DNA of 64,000 nt, from contig CAYPPJ010000004.1 in assembly GCA_964412585.1 (NCBI GenBank), forward strand, positions 9,825 to 73,824, in the 5' to 3' direction. The stretch comes from an uncultured Candidatus Saccharibacteria bacterium (lineage in GTDB: Bacteria; Patescibacteriota; Minisyncoccia; Phycocordibacterales; PALSA-1337). The notes under the pieces were generated by a model. It had not been told where the DNA came from and made no database searches. It saw only the letters and a program-made list of their open reading frames with translations. The translations under genes were made by a program, and so were the position numbers. Positions 9,191 through 17,925 of the stretch are shown here, piece after piece (position 1 is the first letter of the stretch; each line of letters begins with the position of its first letter).

Positions 9191-10133
9191 GACAGATCTT
9201 GTATGCCACATCACTTCCACAGGGACATGGGCCATTCTTCAATTCTGCCATACCCTGCTCAATAGTGACCATCGGTTTCCAACCAAGTAGTTTCTTGGCT
9301 AGTGAATTATCAGCAAGCGTATCGCGAGGTTCAAGCCGCGCTGGAATATGAGCAACCGGACCACCGATAAGCTCAGCAATGCGTTTGATAGATTGGTTTT
9401 TACCTGCCCCGATATTTATTGCCTCTCCTGCACCGACCTTTGTGCTTTTCATAGCCAACATATTCGCACGGACAACATCATGGACACTGGTGAAATCGCG
9501 AGTCTGCTTACCATCACCGGTGATAGTCATCGGCTTGCCCTGTGAACGAAGCTTCATAAAACGGGCAATAACCAAGGCATACGCACCTTCACTGCTCTGT
9601 CGAGGGCCGTAGACGTTAAAGTAACGCAGAGAAACGGTCTCAATGCCATATATATCGCTCCAAACCTTGCAATAGAGTTCGCCGATATATTTCTGAAGAC
9701 CATAGGGACTCTTTGGATTGGCAGGGGCTGTTTCCTGAAGCGGCATGTGTTTTTGGTCACCATAAGCCGAACTGGATGCTGAATAGATCACACGCTTGAC
9801 CCCTGCCGCCTGAGCAGCAACCAAGACGTTGAGAATACCATTGACGTTTGCCGCATGGGCCTCGAGTGGATGCTCGATTGAAAACTGGACGCGAGGCAGT
9901 GCGGCCAGATGAAAGACAAAAGTTGCCCCACGAAAAATAGGCTTAATAGAAGGCAGGTTGGTAATATCCTTCACATGCAAAGTTGCACGAGGATGAACAT
10001 TGGACTTCTTGCCAGCCGAAAGATTGTCAATAACATGCACGTCAAAACCGTCCTCAATCAATCGACTAGTTAGATGTGAGCCGATGAATCCTGCACCCCC
10101 TGTAACTATGACTTTTATTTTCTTTCTCGACAT
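9174..10133 (-). CDS. NAD-dependent sugar epimerase/dehydratase (GalE-like SDR) carrying a C-terminal SEC-C zinc-binding motif
   Basis: Rossmann motif VTGGAGFIGSHL, catalytic YxxxK (YGLQKYIGELYCK) and a C-terminal GPCPCGSDVAYKICHGEKK tail. Confidence 0.8.
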   Translation of the reverse strand: MSRKKIKVIVTGGAGFIGSHLTSRLIEDGFDVHVIDNLSAGKKSNVHPRATLHVKDITNLPSIKPIFRGATFVFHLAALPRVQFSIEHPLEAHAANVNGILNVLVAAQAAGVKRVIYSASSSAYGDQKHMPLQETAPANPKSPYGLQKYIGELYCKVWSDIYGIETVSLRYFNVYGPRQSSEGAYALVIARFMKLRSQGKPMTITGDGKQTRDFTSVHDVVRANMLAMKSTKVGAGEAINIGAGKNQSIKRIAELIGGPVAHIPARLEPRDTLADNSLAKKLLGWKPMVTIEQGMAELKNGPCPCGSDVAYKICHGEKK

Positions 10134-10144
10134 TGTGTAAAAGA

Positions 10145-12778
10145 TTACTTACCAACACCATGACACTTCTTGTATTTTTTACCACTTCCGCATGGGCAGG
10201 GGTCATTTCTACCAACTTCAGGCTCTTTTGAGATACTTGACGAGGCCTTGGCGGAACCATCCCCCGCACCAATGATCTGAGCATTTTCTTTTACTTCTTT
10301 GAGATTTTTTGGCTGATTGTCTGTCGGTATGCCATTTACCATCGGTACAATGTGAGGCCAAACTTTCATGACCTGTGCCTGCATAGCTGTATTCATTTCT
10401 TTGAAAAGACGGAGACCCTCCTTTTTGTATTCAACCAATGGATCTCGTTGACCATAGGCACGCAGGTTGACGCTCGAACGCGTATAATCCATGACCTCGA
10501 GATGCTCGACCCAATACATATCGATAGCTTGCAAAAGTACAACACGAACAGCATTGAAAAAGTTATCGCGGCCAAATTTATCAACTTTTTCTTGTATAGG
10601 TGCGCTAAAATCAACAGGGGCAAATTCAATCGCCGGCCTCGCATGTGCCAATCTTACAGATTCGAATGCATCATTACGCTGTGAGGAAGGCGACCCACTT
10701 AATATAGCTTTAAGCTCATGTTCAACATCATCAATGTTCCCGAGCAACAGTTTCCTGCGACGTGCGTAGACACTCTTTCTCTGTGTATTGATAACATCGT
10801 CAAACTCCAGAACGTGTTTGCGTGAATCGAAGTTGAATCCCTCAATCTTTTCCTGCGCACTTTCGAGAGAGCGGGAAATGAGTTTGTGTTCGATCGGCTC
10901 GTCTTCAGCCACACCGAGTTTGCCCATCATAGACTTCATCATGTCCGAAGCGAAGACACGCATCAGAGTATCCTCCATAGATACGAAGAACTGCGTCTCA
11001 CCTGGATCTCCTTGGCGGCCAGAACGACCACGGAGCTGGTTGTCGATACGGCGTGCTTCGTGGCGTTCAGTTCCGAGGACGAATAAACCACCAACCGACT
11101 TTATTTCTTCGTAAAGTTCTGGGGTATTCGGGTTGCCACCGAGCTTGATATCGACACCGCGACCCGCCATGTTGGTAGCTATAGTGACAGCTCCCTTTTT
11201 TCCTGCTTGGGCGATAATCTCACCTTCACGCTCGTGGTTCTTGGCATTGAGCATCTGGTGAGGTACACCTTCTGCCTTCAAAAATTGTGAGAGTAACTCG
11301 TTTTTTTCAATCGAGACAGTGCCAATAAGAACAGGTTGCCCTTTTGCATGCAGCTCTTTTACTTTACGCGAGAGAGCCTTGAATTTACCCAACTCCGTTT
11401 GGAAAATTTGGTCATTACGGTCGAGACGGACTGGCTGTCGATTGGTAGGCACCACGCAGACTTCAAGACCATAGACTTTGAAAAACTCCTCTGCTGAAGT
11501 AGCAGCTGTACCTGTCATACCAGAAATCTTTGGGTACATACGGAAAAAGTTCTGGAACGTGATAGAGGCGTAGGTGCGAGACTCTTGCTGGACACTGACT
11601 CCTTCCTTTGCCTCAATAGCCTGGTGCAGACCATCGGACCAGCGGCGGCCTGGCTGCATACGACCGGTAAATTCATCGACAATAACAATCTGATTGTCCT
11701 TCACGACATATTCCTTGTCCCTCTGATAAATGGCCTGCGCCTTGATGGCAGTCTCCAAATGATGAACAGACTTGATGCCCTTGTCAGTATAAATATTATC
11801 AACACCAAGCATTTTTTCTGCCTTGGTGATACCGTCTGAGGTAAGTGAGATCGATTTGAACTTTTCATCGACGGTATAATCCTGGTCTTTAACAAAAGAA
11901 AGGACCATTGATGCAAACTGCTTGTAGGTCGTTTCAGCATCCCTCGTCGGAGCAGAAATAATAAGTGGTGTACGCGCCTCATCGATAAGAATAGAGTCTA
12001 TCTCGTCGACGATGGCATAGTTTGGCTCGCGTTGGCGCAAGCGATCTGGCGTGTATTCGAGGTTGTCGCGAAGATAATCGAAACCAAACTCATTGTTTGT
12101 GCCATAGGTAATATCTGCATTGTATGCTTCCTTGCGTGTTACAGGACGAAGAAACTCATGGACCACCTTGAAAGCGCCTGTCTCATCGCGTTCTTTATCA
12201 GTCGCATCTGCGGAAATACCTTCGGGAGCCTTTTCTTTGTGAGTTGAATCATACAAATAACTCGCCTCGTTATTGAGCACGCCAACAGTAAGTCCAAGAA
12301 ATGAATAAATCTGACCCATCCATGCCGCATCACGACGTGACAAGTAATCGTTGACTGTGACCACGTGCACACCTTTTCCAGTCAGTGCATTGAGATACGC
12401 AGGAAGGGTCGCCACGAGAGTCTTTCCTTCACCAGTCCTCATCTCGGCAATAGCACCAGAATTGAGCGCCATACCACCAAGAAGCTGTACGTCAAAGTGG
12501 CGCTGACCGAGAGTTCGACGAGATGCTTCGCGAACAACCGCGAATGCCTCAGGAAGAATCTCCTGTAACTTCTCATCCATTTTCTTTCGTGCATCTTCAC
12601 CAGGTCTCAAATCTCCAACCTCTAGTTTCTTTTTAAATTCATCAGTTTTTGCACGCAGTTCGACATCCGACAATGATTTGATTGCCGGCTCAAAAGCGTT
12701 TATCTTGGCCACGAAAGGCTCAAATTCTTTGACGCTTTTGGTGTTGGAGCGATTGAAAAGCTTGGATAAAAATGCCAT
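10145..12778 (-). CDS. secA: Preprotein translocase ATPase SecA
   Basis: 878 aa with SecA DEAD-motor motifs and a C-terminal [14 protein letters not shown] zinc finger. The start was trimmed to [11 protein letters not shown], the canonical SecA N-terminus. Confidence 0.92.
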   Translation of the reverse strand: MAFLSKLFNRSNTKSVKEFEPFVAKINAFEPAIKSLSDVELRAKTDEFKKKLEVGDLRPGEDARKKMDEKLQEILPEAFAVVREASRRTLGQRHFDVQLLGGMALNSGAIAEMRTGEGKTLVATLPAYLNALTGKGVHVVTVNDYLSRRDAAWMGQIYSFLGLTVGVLNNEASYLYDSTHKEKAPEGISADATDKERDETGAFKVVHEFLRPVTRKEAYNADITYGTNNEFGFDYLRDNLEYTPDRLRQREPNYAIVDEIDSILIDEARTPLIISAPTRDAETTYKQFASMVLSFVKDQDYTVDEKFKSISLTSDGITKAEKMLGVDNIYTDKGIKSVHHLETAIKAQAIYQRDKEYVVKDNQIVIVDEFTGRMQPGRRWSDGLHQAIEAKEGVSVQQESRTYASITFQNFFRMYPKISGMTGTAATSAEEFFKVYGLEVCVVPTNRQPVRLDRNDQIFQTELGKFKALSRKVKELHAKGQPVLIGTVSIEKNELLSQFLKAEGVPHQMLNAKNHEREGEIIAQAGKKGAVTIATNMAGRGVDIKLGGNPNTPELYEEIKSVGGLFVLGTERHEARRIDNQLRGRSGRQGDPGETQFFVSMEDTLMRVFASDMMKSMMGKLGVAEDEPIEHKLISRSLESAQEKIEGFNFDSRKHVLEFDDVINTQRKSVYARRRKLLLGNIDDVEHELKAILSGSPSSQRNDAFESVRLAHARPAIEFAPVDFSAPIQEKVDKFGRDNFFNAVRVVLLQAIDMYWVEHLEVMDYTRSSVNLRAYGQRDPLVEYKKEGLRLFKEMNTAMQAQVMKVWPHIVPMVNGIPTDNQPKNLKEVKENAQIIGAGDGSAKASSSISKEPEVGRNDPCPCGSGKKYKKCHGVGK

Positions 12779-12810
12779 ACGTAGAGGGCACTTTATCACA
12801 GTTTAGGACA

Positions 12811-12856
12811 ATAAAAAAGTGGCCGGACGCGGTGGTTGGTACTCACCGCGCCGGCC
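12811..12856 (-). terminator. Rho-independent terminator: GC-rich 13/14-bp stem (GGCCGGACGCGGTG / CACCGCGCCGGCC) followed by TTTTTT on the minus strand, 33 nt upstream of the secA start codon
   Basis: Inverted repeat and T-tract read directly from the sequence. Confidence 0.7.
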
Positions 12857-13022
12857 GACGCTAACACTACCGCACTTCAGTCGAACAACAATTCAATGAA
12901 GCGCAAAGCTCGAGTGAAGCTACATCCTCTAGGAAAGCCTTGAAGGAAACAAGGTGCGGGGTGCGAGATAAGCTATGGCTCACGCTTTGAGGAAAAACGT
13001 TTTGCCGCAATCAGCTTACGCC
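12857..13022 (-). ncRNA. Candidate structured leader or small RNA between murB and secA, about 210 nt counting the terminator, bounded by a sigma70-like promoter and the intrinsic terminator
   Basis: No credible ORF. Promoter-like TTGTCA-17-TAGTAT lies upstream and the terminator downstream. Family unassigned. Confidence 0.3.
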
Positions 13023-13029
13023 GTGGGAT

Positions 13030-13058
13030 ATACTAGCGCATCAAAGACAAACTGACAA
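13030..13058 (-). promoter_or_regulatory. Candidate sigma70-type promoter (-35 TTGTCA, 17-nt spacer, -10 TAGTAT) just downstream of the murB stop
   Basis: Sequence motif only. Confidence 0.35.
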
Positions 13059-13065
13059 TGCAGAA

Positions 13066-14094
13066 TTAATTCACCCATTCAACTTCACCTTCAATCACAA
13101 TCCCTGTTTTTTCTTTGACCAACCTCATGAGCTCATGTGCAAGTTCAACAACTTCTTCTGATGTTGAACCTGGTTTCGTCACAAGAACAAGTGCCTGCTT
13201 TTCATACACACAAGCATTACCTTTACACAGTCCTTTTACATTGCACACCTTATCCAGAATCCAGCCAAGTGAAACTTTGACGCGACCATCGGGTTCTGGA
13301 AAACCCGGTAATGCAGGATACGTATTCTTAAGTCTCATAAAGTCATCCGATGAAATGATCGGGTTTTTGAAAAATGAACCAGCAGTCCCCCACAACTTCC
13401 AATCTGGCAGTTTGCCCCAACGTATCGAAATCACAGCCTCTCGCACATCCCTGAGCGTTGGTTGGGCAATGTTCTTTTGCATAAAATAGTCAGCCACATC
13501 CTTGTATGACATGTTGAGCACGCCATGAGGGTCGAGAGCAAAAAATACGCGAGTGATGATATATCTGCCTTTTTCTTTTTTAAACACACTGTCTCGATAT
13601 GAAAATGCGCAATCAGCATTGACCAAATCAACAAACTGTTTTGTCTTAGTATCAAACGCTCGCACATTACTGACTACGGACCCCACCTCAGCGCCATATG
13701 CTCCGATATTCTGAACTGGCGCGGCACCGACAGTTCCAGGGATAGCCGACAGATTTTCTATACCATACAAACCACGCTCGACCGCATAGTCGACAAAATC
13801 ATCCCACTGTTCACCAGCACCTGCAGAAATAATGCGTTTGCCAACACTCCCTTCTTCAATTTTCTCCTCGATACCCATGAGTTCCATCTTGATGACAAGC
13901 CCACCAAATCCTTCGTCACCGATGAGAAGATTTGATCCTCCCCCGAGTATGAACAGTGGTAGGTCTTTGTCACGTGCAAAGTGTACCGCCTCTACGATAT
14001 CAGCCTCAGTTGTCGCACTACAAAAAAAGCGGGCCGGTCCGCCAATTTTGAATGTCGTGTAAGCAGCCAAGGAAATATTCTCTTGTATCGTCAT
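13066..14094 (-). CDS. murB: UDP-N-acetylenolpyruvoylglucosamine reductase
   Basis: FAD-binding N-terminus YTTFKIGGPARFF...ILGGGSNLLI and 342 aa, as expected for MurB. Confidence 0.88.
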   Translation of the reverse strand: MTIQENISLAAYTTFKIGGPARFFCSATTEADIVEAVHFARDKDLPLFILGGGSNLLIGDEGFGGLVIKMELMGIEEKIEEGSVGKRIISAGAGEQWDDFVDYAVERGLYGIENLSAIPGTVGAAPVQNIGAYGAEVGSVVSNVRAFDTKTKQFVDLVNADCAFSYRDSVFKKEKGRYIITRVFFALDPHGVLNMSYKDVADYFMQKNIAQPTLRDVREAVISIRWGKLPDWKLWGTAGSFFKNPIISSDDFMRLKNTYPALPGFPEPDGRVKVSLGWILDKVCNVKGLCKGNACVYEKQALVLVTKPGSTSEEVVELAHELMRLVKEKTGIVIEGEVEWVN

Positions 14095-14269
14095 GGGTGT
14101 GAATGAAAGTTCGGAAAAGTATATAGTTGTTTGCGCCGAATGATGGCGACGGGTGCGAGCTCCAAAATAAAATGTTTAAATTTAATGTGAGTACAGCCGT
14201 CGCCGTCATTTGGTACAATTCTGCCTTTTAGTATAACTTGACAAGAGCGTGCCATGCAAGTGGTGGTGA

Positions 14270-14378
14270 ACCCAAGAGCACGGCACAGGTGTGTCAAAGC
14301 GGAAATAGTAGCTACCACTCGAACCGCATACCACATCGTTTATTGTAGCGGCGACACACCTGTGCCGTGCTCTTGGGT
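14270..14378. repeat. Long hairpin element A: perfect 26-bp inverted arms (ACCCAAGAGCACGGCACAGGTGTGTC / GACACACCTGTGCCGTGCTCTTGGGT) around a 57-nt centre that contains the core ACTCG...GCATACCACATCGTTTA
   Basis: Read directly from the sequence. The centre shares a 16/17-nt core with element B at 56093-56204. Confidence 0.6.
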
Positions 14379-14430
14379 CAGATCTCGCGTCGGAAATTTC
14401 TACCGGCTTGCGCCGTCAGAAATCTTTCGA

Positions 14431-14478
14431 CGTGAATTTTGCAATACAAAATTCACGCAAAAGCCCGCCGAGGGCGGG
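14431..14478 (-). terminator. Two adjacent hairpins: the palindrome CGTGAATTTTG-CAATA-CAAAATTCACG, and a GC stem CCCGCC-GAG-GGCGGG followed by UUUUG on the minus strand (candidate intrinsic terminator)
   Basis: Read directly from the sequence within the 549-nt non-coding gap between the TPR membrane-protein gene and murB. Confidence 0.4.
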
Positions 14479-14577
14479 ACTTTGCGAAACATTTATTTTC
14501 TGGAGAGTGCCCACACGGGTACTCACGTCAGTATACTACCATATTTAGAGCATAGAATCAAGGCATCTCTGACCAAG

Positions 14578-14633
14578 TTATCCCCATAGAGGGGATTGCT
14601 CCGCTCGGCAGCCTCGCCGGGTTATCCCCATAG
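14578..14633. repeat. Direct repeat GTTATCCCCATAG at 14578-14590 and 14621-14633; the first copy is part of the palindrome ATCCCC-ATAGA-GGGGAT. TTATCCCCA resembles a DnaA box (TTATCCACA) with one mismatch
   Basis: Read directly from the sequence. Confidence 0.3.
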
Positions 14634-14643
14634 GGAAATAGTC

Positions 14644-17052
14644 TTATTGGGTAACTTTCACCTCCTGAATCTGCTTTATGACCGCATCTACCTGATCTTT
14701 GTATTCAGGATGATCTTTTGCAATCTTGCGGACCAATTCTATTGCTTCCCATTTCCTATTGGCAAGAGTATATACCTCAACAAGTTGCATGCTCAACGGA
14801 ACACTCGTCGGATCGCGCTCGAGAAGTATCTTAAACAGGGCGATTGATTTATCGTATTGCTTGATTACCGCATATGCGTGTGCAGTACGATCATTTTCGA
14901 AGAGATTCATAGTCGATGACGCGACCGCCCGTGCTTCTGTATCACGTTTTGCAACCACGAGACCGAGTATGTATGCCTGCTTTGCATCTTGGAATGTCGG
15001 ATCAGCTTCGTACGCCTCTTTGAGAAGTTTGAGAGCGTCATCAATACGATTTATGCCGAGATAGACATTGGCCAACTGAATAGCAACCGTCTGTTTGTTC
15101 GGCGTAAGCTCATGAGCTTTTTCGAGTATAGGGAGTGCTTCGGCTGCCTGATTGAGGTTGCTCAAGAATGAACCCGCCAGCACGTATCCGCGCGCATCGC
15201 GAGGGGCGTATTCCATCTGCGCCTTTATCTGTTGAAGTGCGAGATCATAAAATGCCTGCTTGGTAGGACCTGGGTACTGTCGCGCGACAATGCCACCTGC
15301 GCATGACAAAATCTGTTCTCTAACCTCTTGGTCAGCTGTTGCTGACAGCGATAACGATTTGGTAAATAATTCCGGATCAGGAAGTGAGTTGCGTGAGCCA
15401 CATGATATCAGGGCATCGATCAGACGTGTATTGGCCTGAATCATGCGGACATTGAGGAAATACATACCACCCACAAAGATGATAATGGCAACCGGTAAGA
15501 CAATGTATTCGACCGCTTCAAGACTGAACGATTTTGATGATGCGCTTTGATCTGCACGCTTCGACGAAGCAGAGCCAGCGAAACCAAGAAGTGCAAAGAA
15601 GAATATGTAGCTTGCCAAGTTATCGAAGACAAAGAAGTTGTGTATACCATATCCTATCACCAACCCCGTAAGTACACTCTTTTGTGATACTGATAATGAC
15701 GATCTCCATACTGCAAGAATGATGAGAACATACAATGCAAGATACACAATAAGACCGACAGCACCTGAGGCAACCAGCCAATCAAGATACACATTGTGTG
15801 CTCGATCGAACCATTGCTCCTGATTCCACATCTTTGGATTGTAATTTGCGTTAAAGATGTAGTTGAAGTTTTCCTGACCCCATCCGAGGATTGGTCGCTC
15901 AGTAAAACCTTTGAGAGCCATGGGCCAAATATAGGCGCGAGCCTGCGTCTTCGTATCGGTAAGAGAAATTGAGGCAATACGATCGAGTGATGGGCTGTTT
16001 TTGACAAACGAAGCATCCTTTACCAAGTAGAATACTCCGCCAAGAATAAAGAACAATGCAATAATGCCGATACTGATCCAGCGACCACTACGTGCTGCTG
16101 GATACGGAACACTGCCTCGATTTTTGATCACATATACAATAAGAGCTATGAAATATATGAGTGCGAGAAGCGCCAACCACCATACCGAAAGTGCAAACAA
16201 TCCGAGGGCTAGCACGAACAACGCATACAGGGCGACGAGGAAAGGAAAACTCAAGATAATCAAAACCTTTTTGTAGTTCACCCCATTTACAAACAAGGCA
16301 TATGACGCACATGTCGCCACCAATCCTATTGCGAGTCCGATCAGCGTACCGCGAGTCTGTGTGAGAAGAATAATAATCGCAAAAATAATAGACAGTATCG
16401 GATATGCCCACTGAAGGAAACTGGCATTGGCAATCCCTTTTGCGCGAGCAACAAAAAACAAATACATTGAAACACCGATATGCATGAGCAAATACACAGC
16501 CAGGTATGCCGCGTTACCGAGTGAAGCATCCAAACGGGTACTACCCTGATGAATCTCTGCCCAACCGAACTGTTGGCACAGAGCATAGATAGTCACAATC
16601 GAAGCAATAACCAACGAGGTATTGAACCAACGGTGCCACAAACGCTTGCCCTCTTCGCCTGCTCCAAAGATACCTGATGCTGACATGAAGAAAGCCCACA
16701 AGTGCGCGATGACCAACCAACCTTCCATACGCTCAAAGTTCGACATGAGACTGCGGACAATGTTCACACCGAGAAGATCAGCCACCAAAGCTACGACCGC
16801 AAACAAGGTGATCCCTATGGTGAGCGCATTGAAACGAGGACGATAACGCGCATCGAGAAACGCAAGAACAGCCCAACAGACCAAGGCTATTTCAACCAAG
16901 ATGCGGAAATAAAAGGCTTTGCCTGTAATAAAGGGGAAAAACATCCCGTCAGGAAAATTGAGCGGCCATACGGGTGTTGGAAATAAGGCAAATATCGGAA
17001 TGAGAAACAGTGCTGACAGGCCAATAGCTCGAAGTATTTTCTGGAGATTCAT
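14644..17052 (-). CDS. Large polytopic membrane protein with C-terminal TPR repeats (O-antigen ligase / Wzy_C-like; candidate glycan polymerase, ligase or O-oligosaccharyltransferase)
   Basis: 802 aa with more than 10 predicted TM helices in the first 500 aa or so, then TPR-like repeats (AYEADPTFQDAKQAYILG..., ALKLLKEAY...). The family assignment is inferred from architecture. Confidence 0.5.
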   Translation of the reverse strand: MNLQKILRAIGLSALFLIPIFALFPTPVWPLNFPDGMFFPFITGKAFYFRILVEIALVCWAVLAFLDARYRPRFNALTIGITLFAVVALVADLLGVNIVRSLMSNFERMEGWLVIAHLWAFFMSASGIFGAGEEGKRLWHRWFNTSLVIASIVTIYALCQQFGWAEIHQGSTRLDASLGNAAYLAVYLLMHIGVSMYLFFVARAKGIANASFLQWAYPILSIIFAIIILLTQTRGTLIGLAIGLVATCASYALFVNGVNYKKVLIILSFPFLVALYALFVLALGLFALSVWWLALLALIYFIALIVYVIKNRGSVPYPAARSGRWISIGIIALFFILGGVFYLVKDASFVKNSPSLDRIASISLTDTKTQARAYIWPMALKGFTERPILGWGQENFNYIFNANYNPKMWNQEQWFDRAHNVYLDWLVASGAVGLIVYLALYVLIILAVWRSSLSVSQKSVLTGLVIGYGIHNFFVFDNLASYIFFFALLGFAGSASSKRADQSASSKSFSLEAVEYIVLPVAIIIFVGGMYFLNVRMIQANTRLIDALISCGSRNSLPDPELFTKSLSLSATADQEVREQILSCAGGIVARQYPGPTKQAFYDLALQQIKAQMEYAPRDARGYVLAGSFLSNLNQAAEALPILEKAHELTPNKQTVAIQLANVYLGINRIDDALKLLKEAYEADPTFQDAKQAYILGLVVAKRDTEARAVASSTMNLFENDRTAHAYAVIKQYDKSIALFKILLERDPTSVPLSMQLVEVYTLANRKWEAIELVRKIAKDHPEYKDQVDAVIKQIQEVKVTQ

Positions 17053-17117
17053 GGTTGTTATAAATTAATACGAGTAGCTTACACTATATTCTACAGAATG
17101 GAAATGTGTGCTCCTAC

Positions 17118-17831
17118 CTACCAGGTGCAGCCCTTCTTACGTAATTCGTTAAGCATGTATTCCGCTTTGATCCAGTCAAATGGCGTATCAATGTCTATTG
17201 AGCGGTCTTCAGAAACGACATGACCGACGATAGTATCACCAAACAGCCGATTGTCTTTCATAATAAGGTCGCGTCTCATAGCATAGACGGCTGAACTACG
17301 GCGATATGCTGGGGCAAGCCCTTGTCTACCTACACCTTCGGGCTCAGGCATGCAATACGGAATCACTTTGTTTCCTTCCAATTTTTTCATCTTGATCGGA
17401 TGCTCATGCGAATCAGCTCTTACGAGACTCACTCCGCTATCGGCACCCGATTCAATGAGAACTTTGAGAGTTTCATCAATATCCTCAGTGAGTCGAAATG
17501 GTGAAGTTGGTTGGAAAATGACGGTGTAATCAAAAACAATTCCCAATTTCTTTTCCATAAAATCGATGGCATGCTGCATAACGGGTAAATGTGGCGTCGT
17601 ATCTCCAGCCAATTCCTTTGGGCGCATAAAGGGCACGTCTGCACCATATTTTTGCGCAACCGCTGCAATCTCAGGATCATCAGTAGAGAGGATTGTATGA
17701 GTTATCAACTTGCTTTTCGAAGCAGCAATAACGCTATAGGCGATGAGCGGCTTATCACCAAGCATTTTTATGTTCTTACCAGGGATACCTTTCGATCCTC
17801 CACGAGCCGTAATTACACATAATATATTCAT
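17118..17831 (-). CDS. CMP-nonulosonate (N-acylneuraminate / pseudaminate / legionaminate) cytidylyltransferase
   Basis: CTP_transf_3 signature ITARGGSKGIPGKNIKMLGDKPLIAYSV; about 237 aa. Confidence 0.8.
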   Translation of the reverse strand: MNILCVITARGGSKGIPGKNIKMLGDKPLIAYSVIAASKSKLITHTILSTDDPEIAAVAQKYGADVPFMRPKELAGDTTPHLPVMQHAIDFMEKKLGIVFDYTVIFQPTSPFRLTEDIDETLKVLIESGADSGVSLVRADSHEHPIKMKKLEGNKVIPYCMPEPEGVGRQGLAPAYRRSSAVYAMRRDLIMKDNRLFGDTIVGHVVSEDRSIDIDTPFDWIKAEYMLNELRKKGCTW

Positions 17832-17870
17832 GAGCTCATTATGTCTGATGTCTGTCCAAAAGCAAACATA

Positions 17871-17899
17871 TTGACAAATTAACTTATTTTAGTTACAAT
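17871..17899 (+). promoter_or_regulatory. Candidate sigma70 promoter (perfect -35 TTGACA, 17-nt spacer, -10 TACAAT) for the downstream plus-strand transporter gene
   Basis: Motif lies in the divergent intergenic region. Confidence 0.4.
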
Positions 17900-17925
17900 T
17901 TATTTAAACTTTGAAAGATACACAT

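Noticed and set aside
12850-12990. Possible SRP (4.5S) RNA: the plus strand reads GAAGGAAACAAGG and the minus strand reads GGATGTAGCT, each resembling part of the E. coli 4.5S domain IV sequence
   Set aside because: The two resemblances lie on opposite strands, so they cannot both be real. No convincing GGAA-tetraloop helix could be drawn. The region is instead reported as an unassigned leader or small-RNA candidate pending a covariance-model search.
14091-14336. 81-aa minus-strand ORF whose stop overlaps the murB start as ATGA
   Set aside because: Its ATG lies inside the conserved core of hairpin element A and most of its codons run through the perfect inverted repeat. The counterpart ORF in element B has no similar protein sequence. 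It is treated as a by-product of the RNA or DNA element, though translational coupling cannot be excluded.
14578-14633. Two TTATCCCCA DnaA-box-like repeats as a possible replication origin
   Set aside because: There is no AT-rich unwinding element, no dnaA or dnaN nearby, and only two imperfect boxes. They are more likely a coincidental or regulatory repeat.
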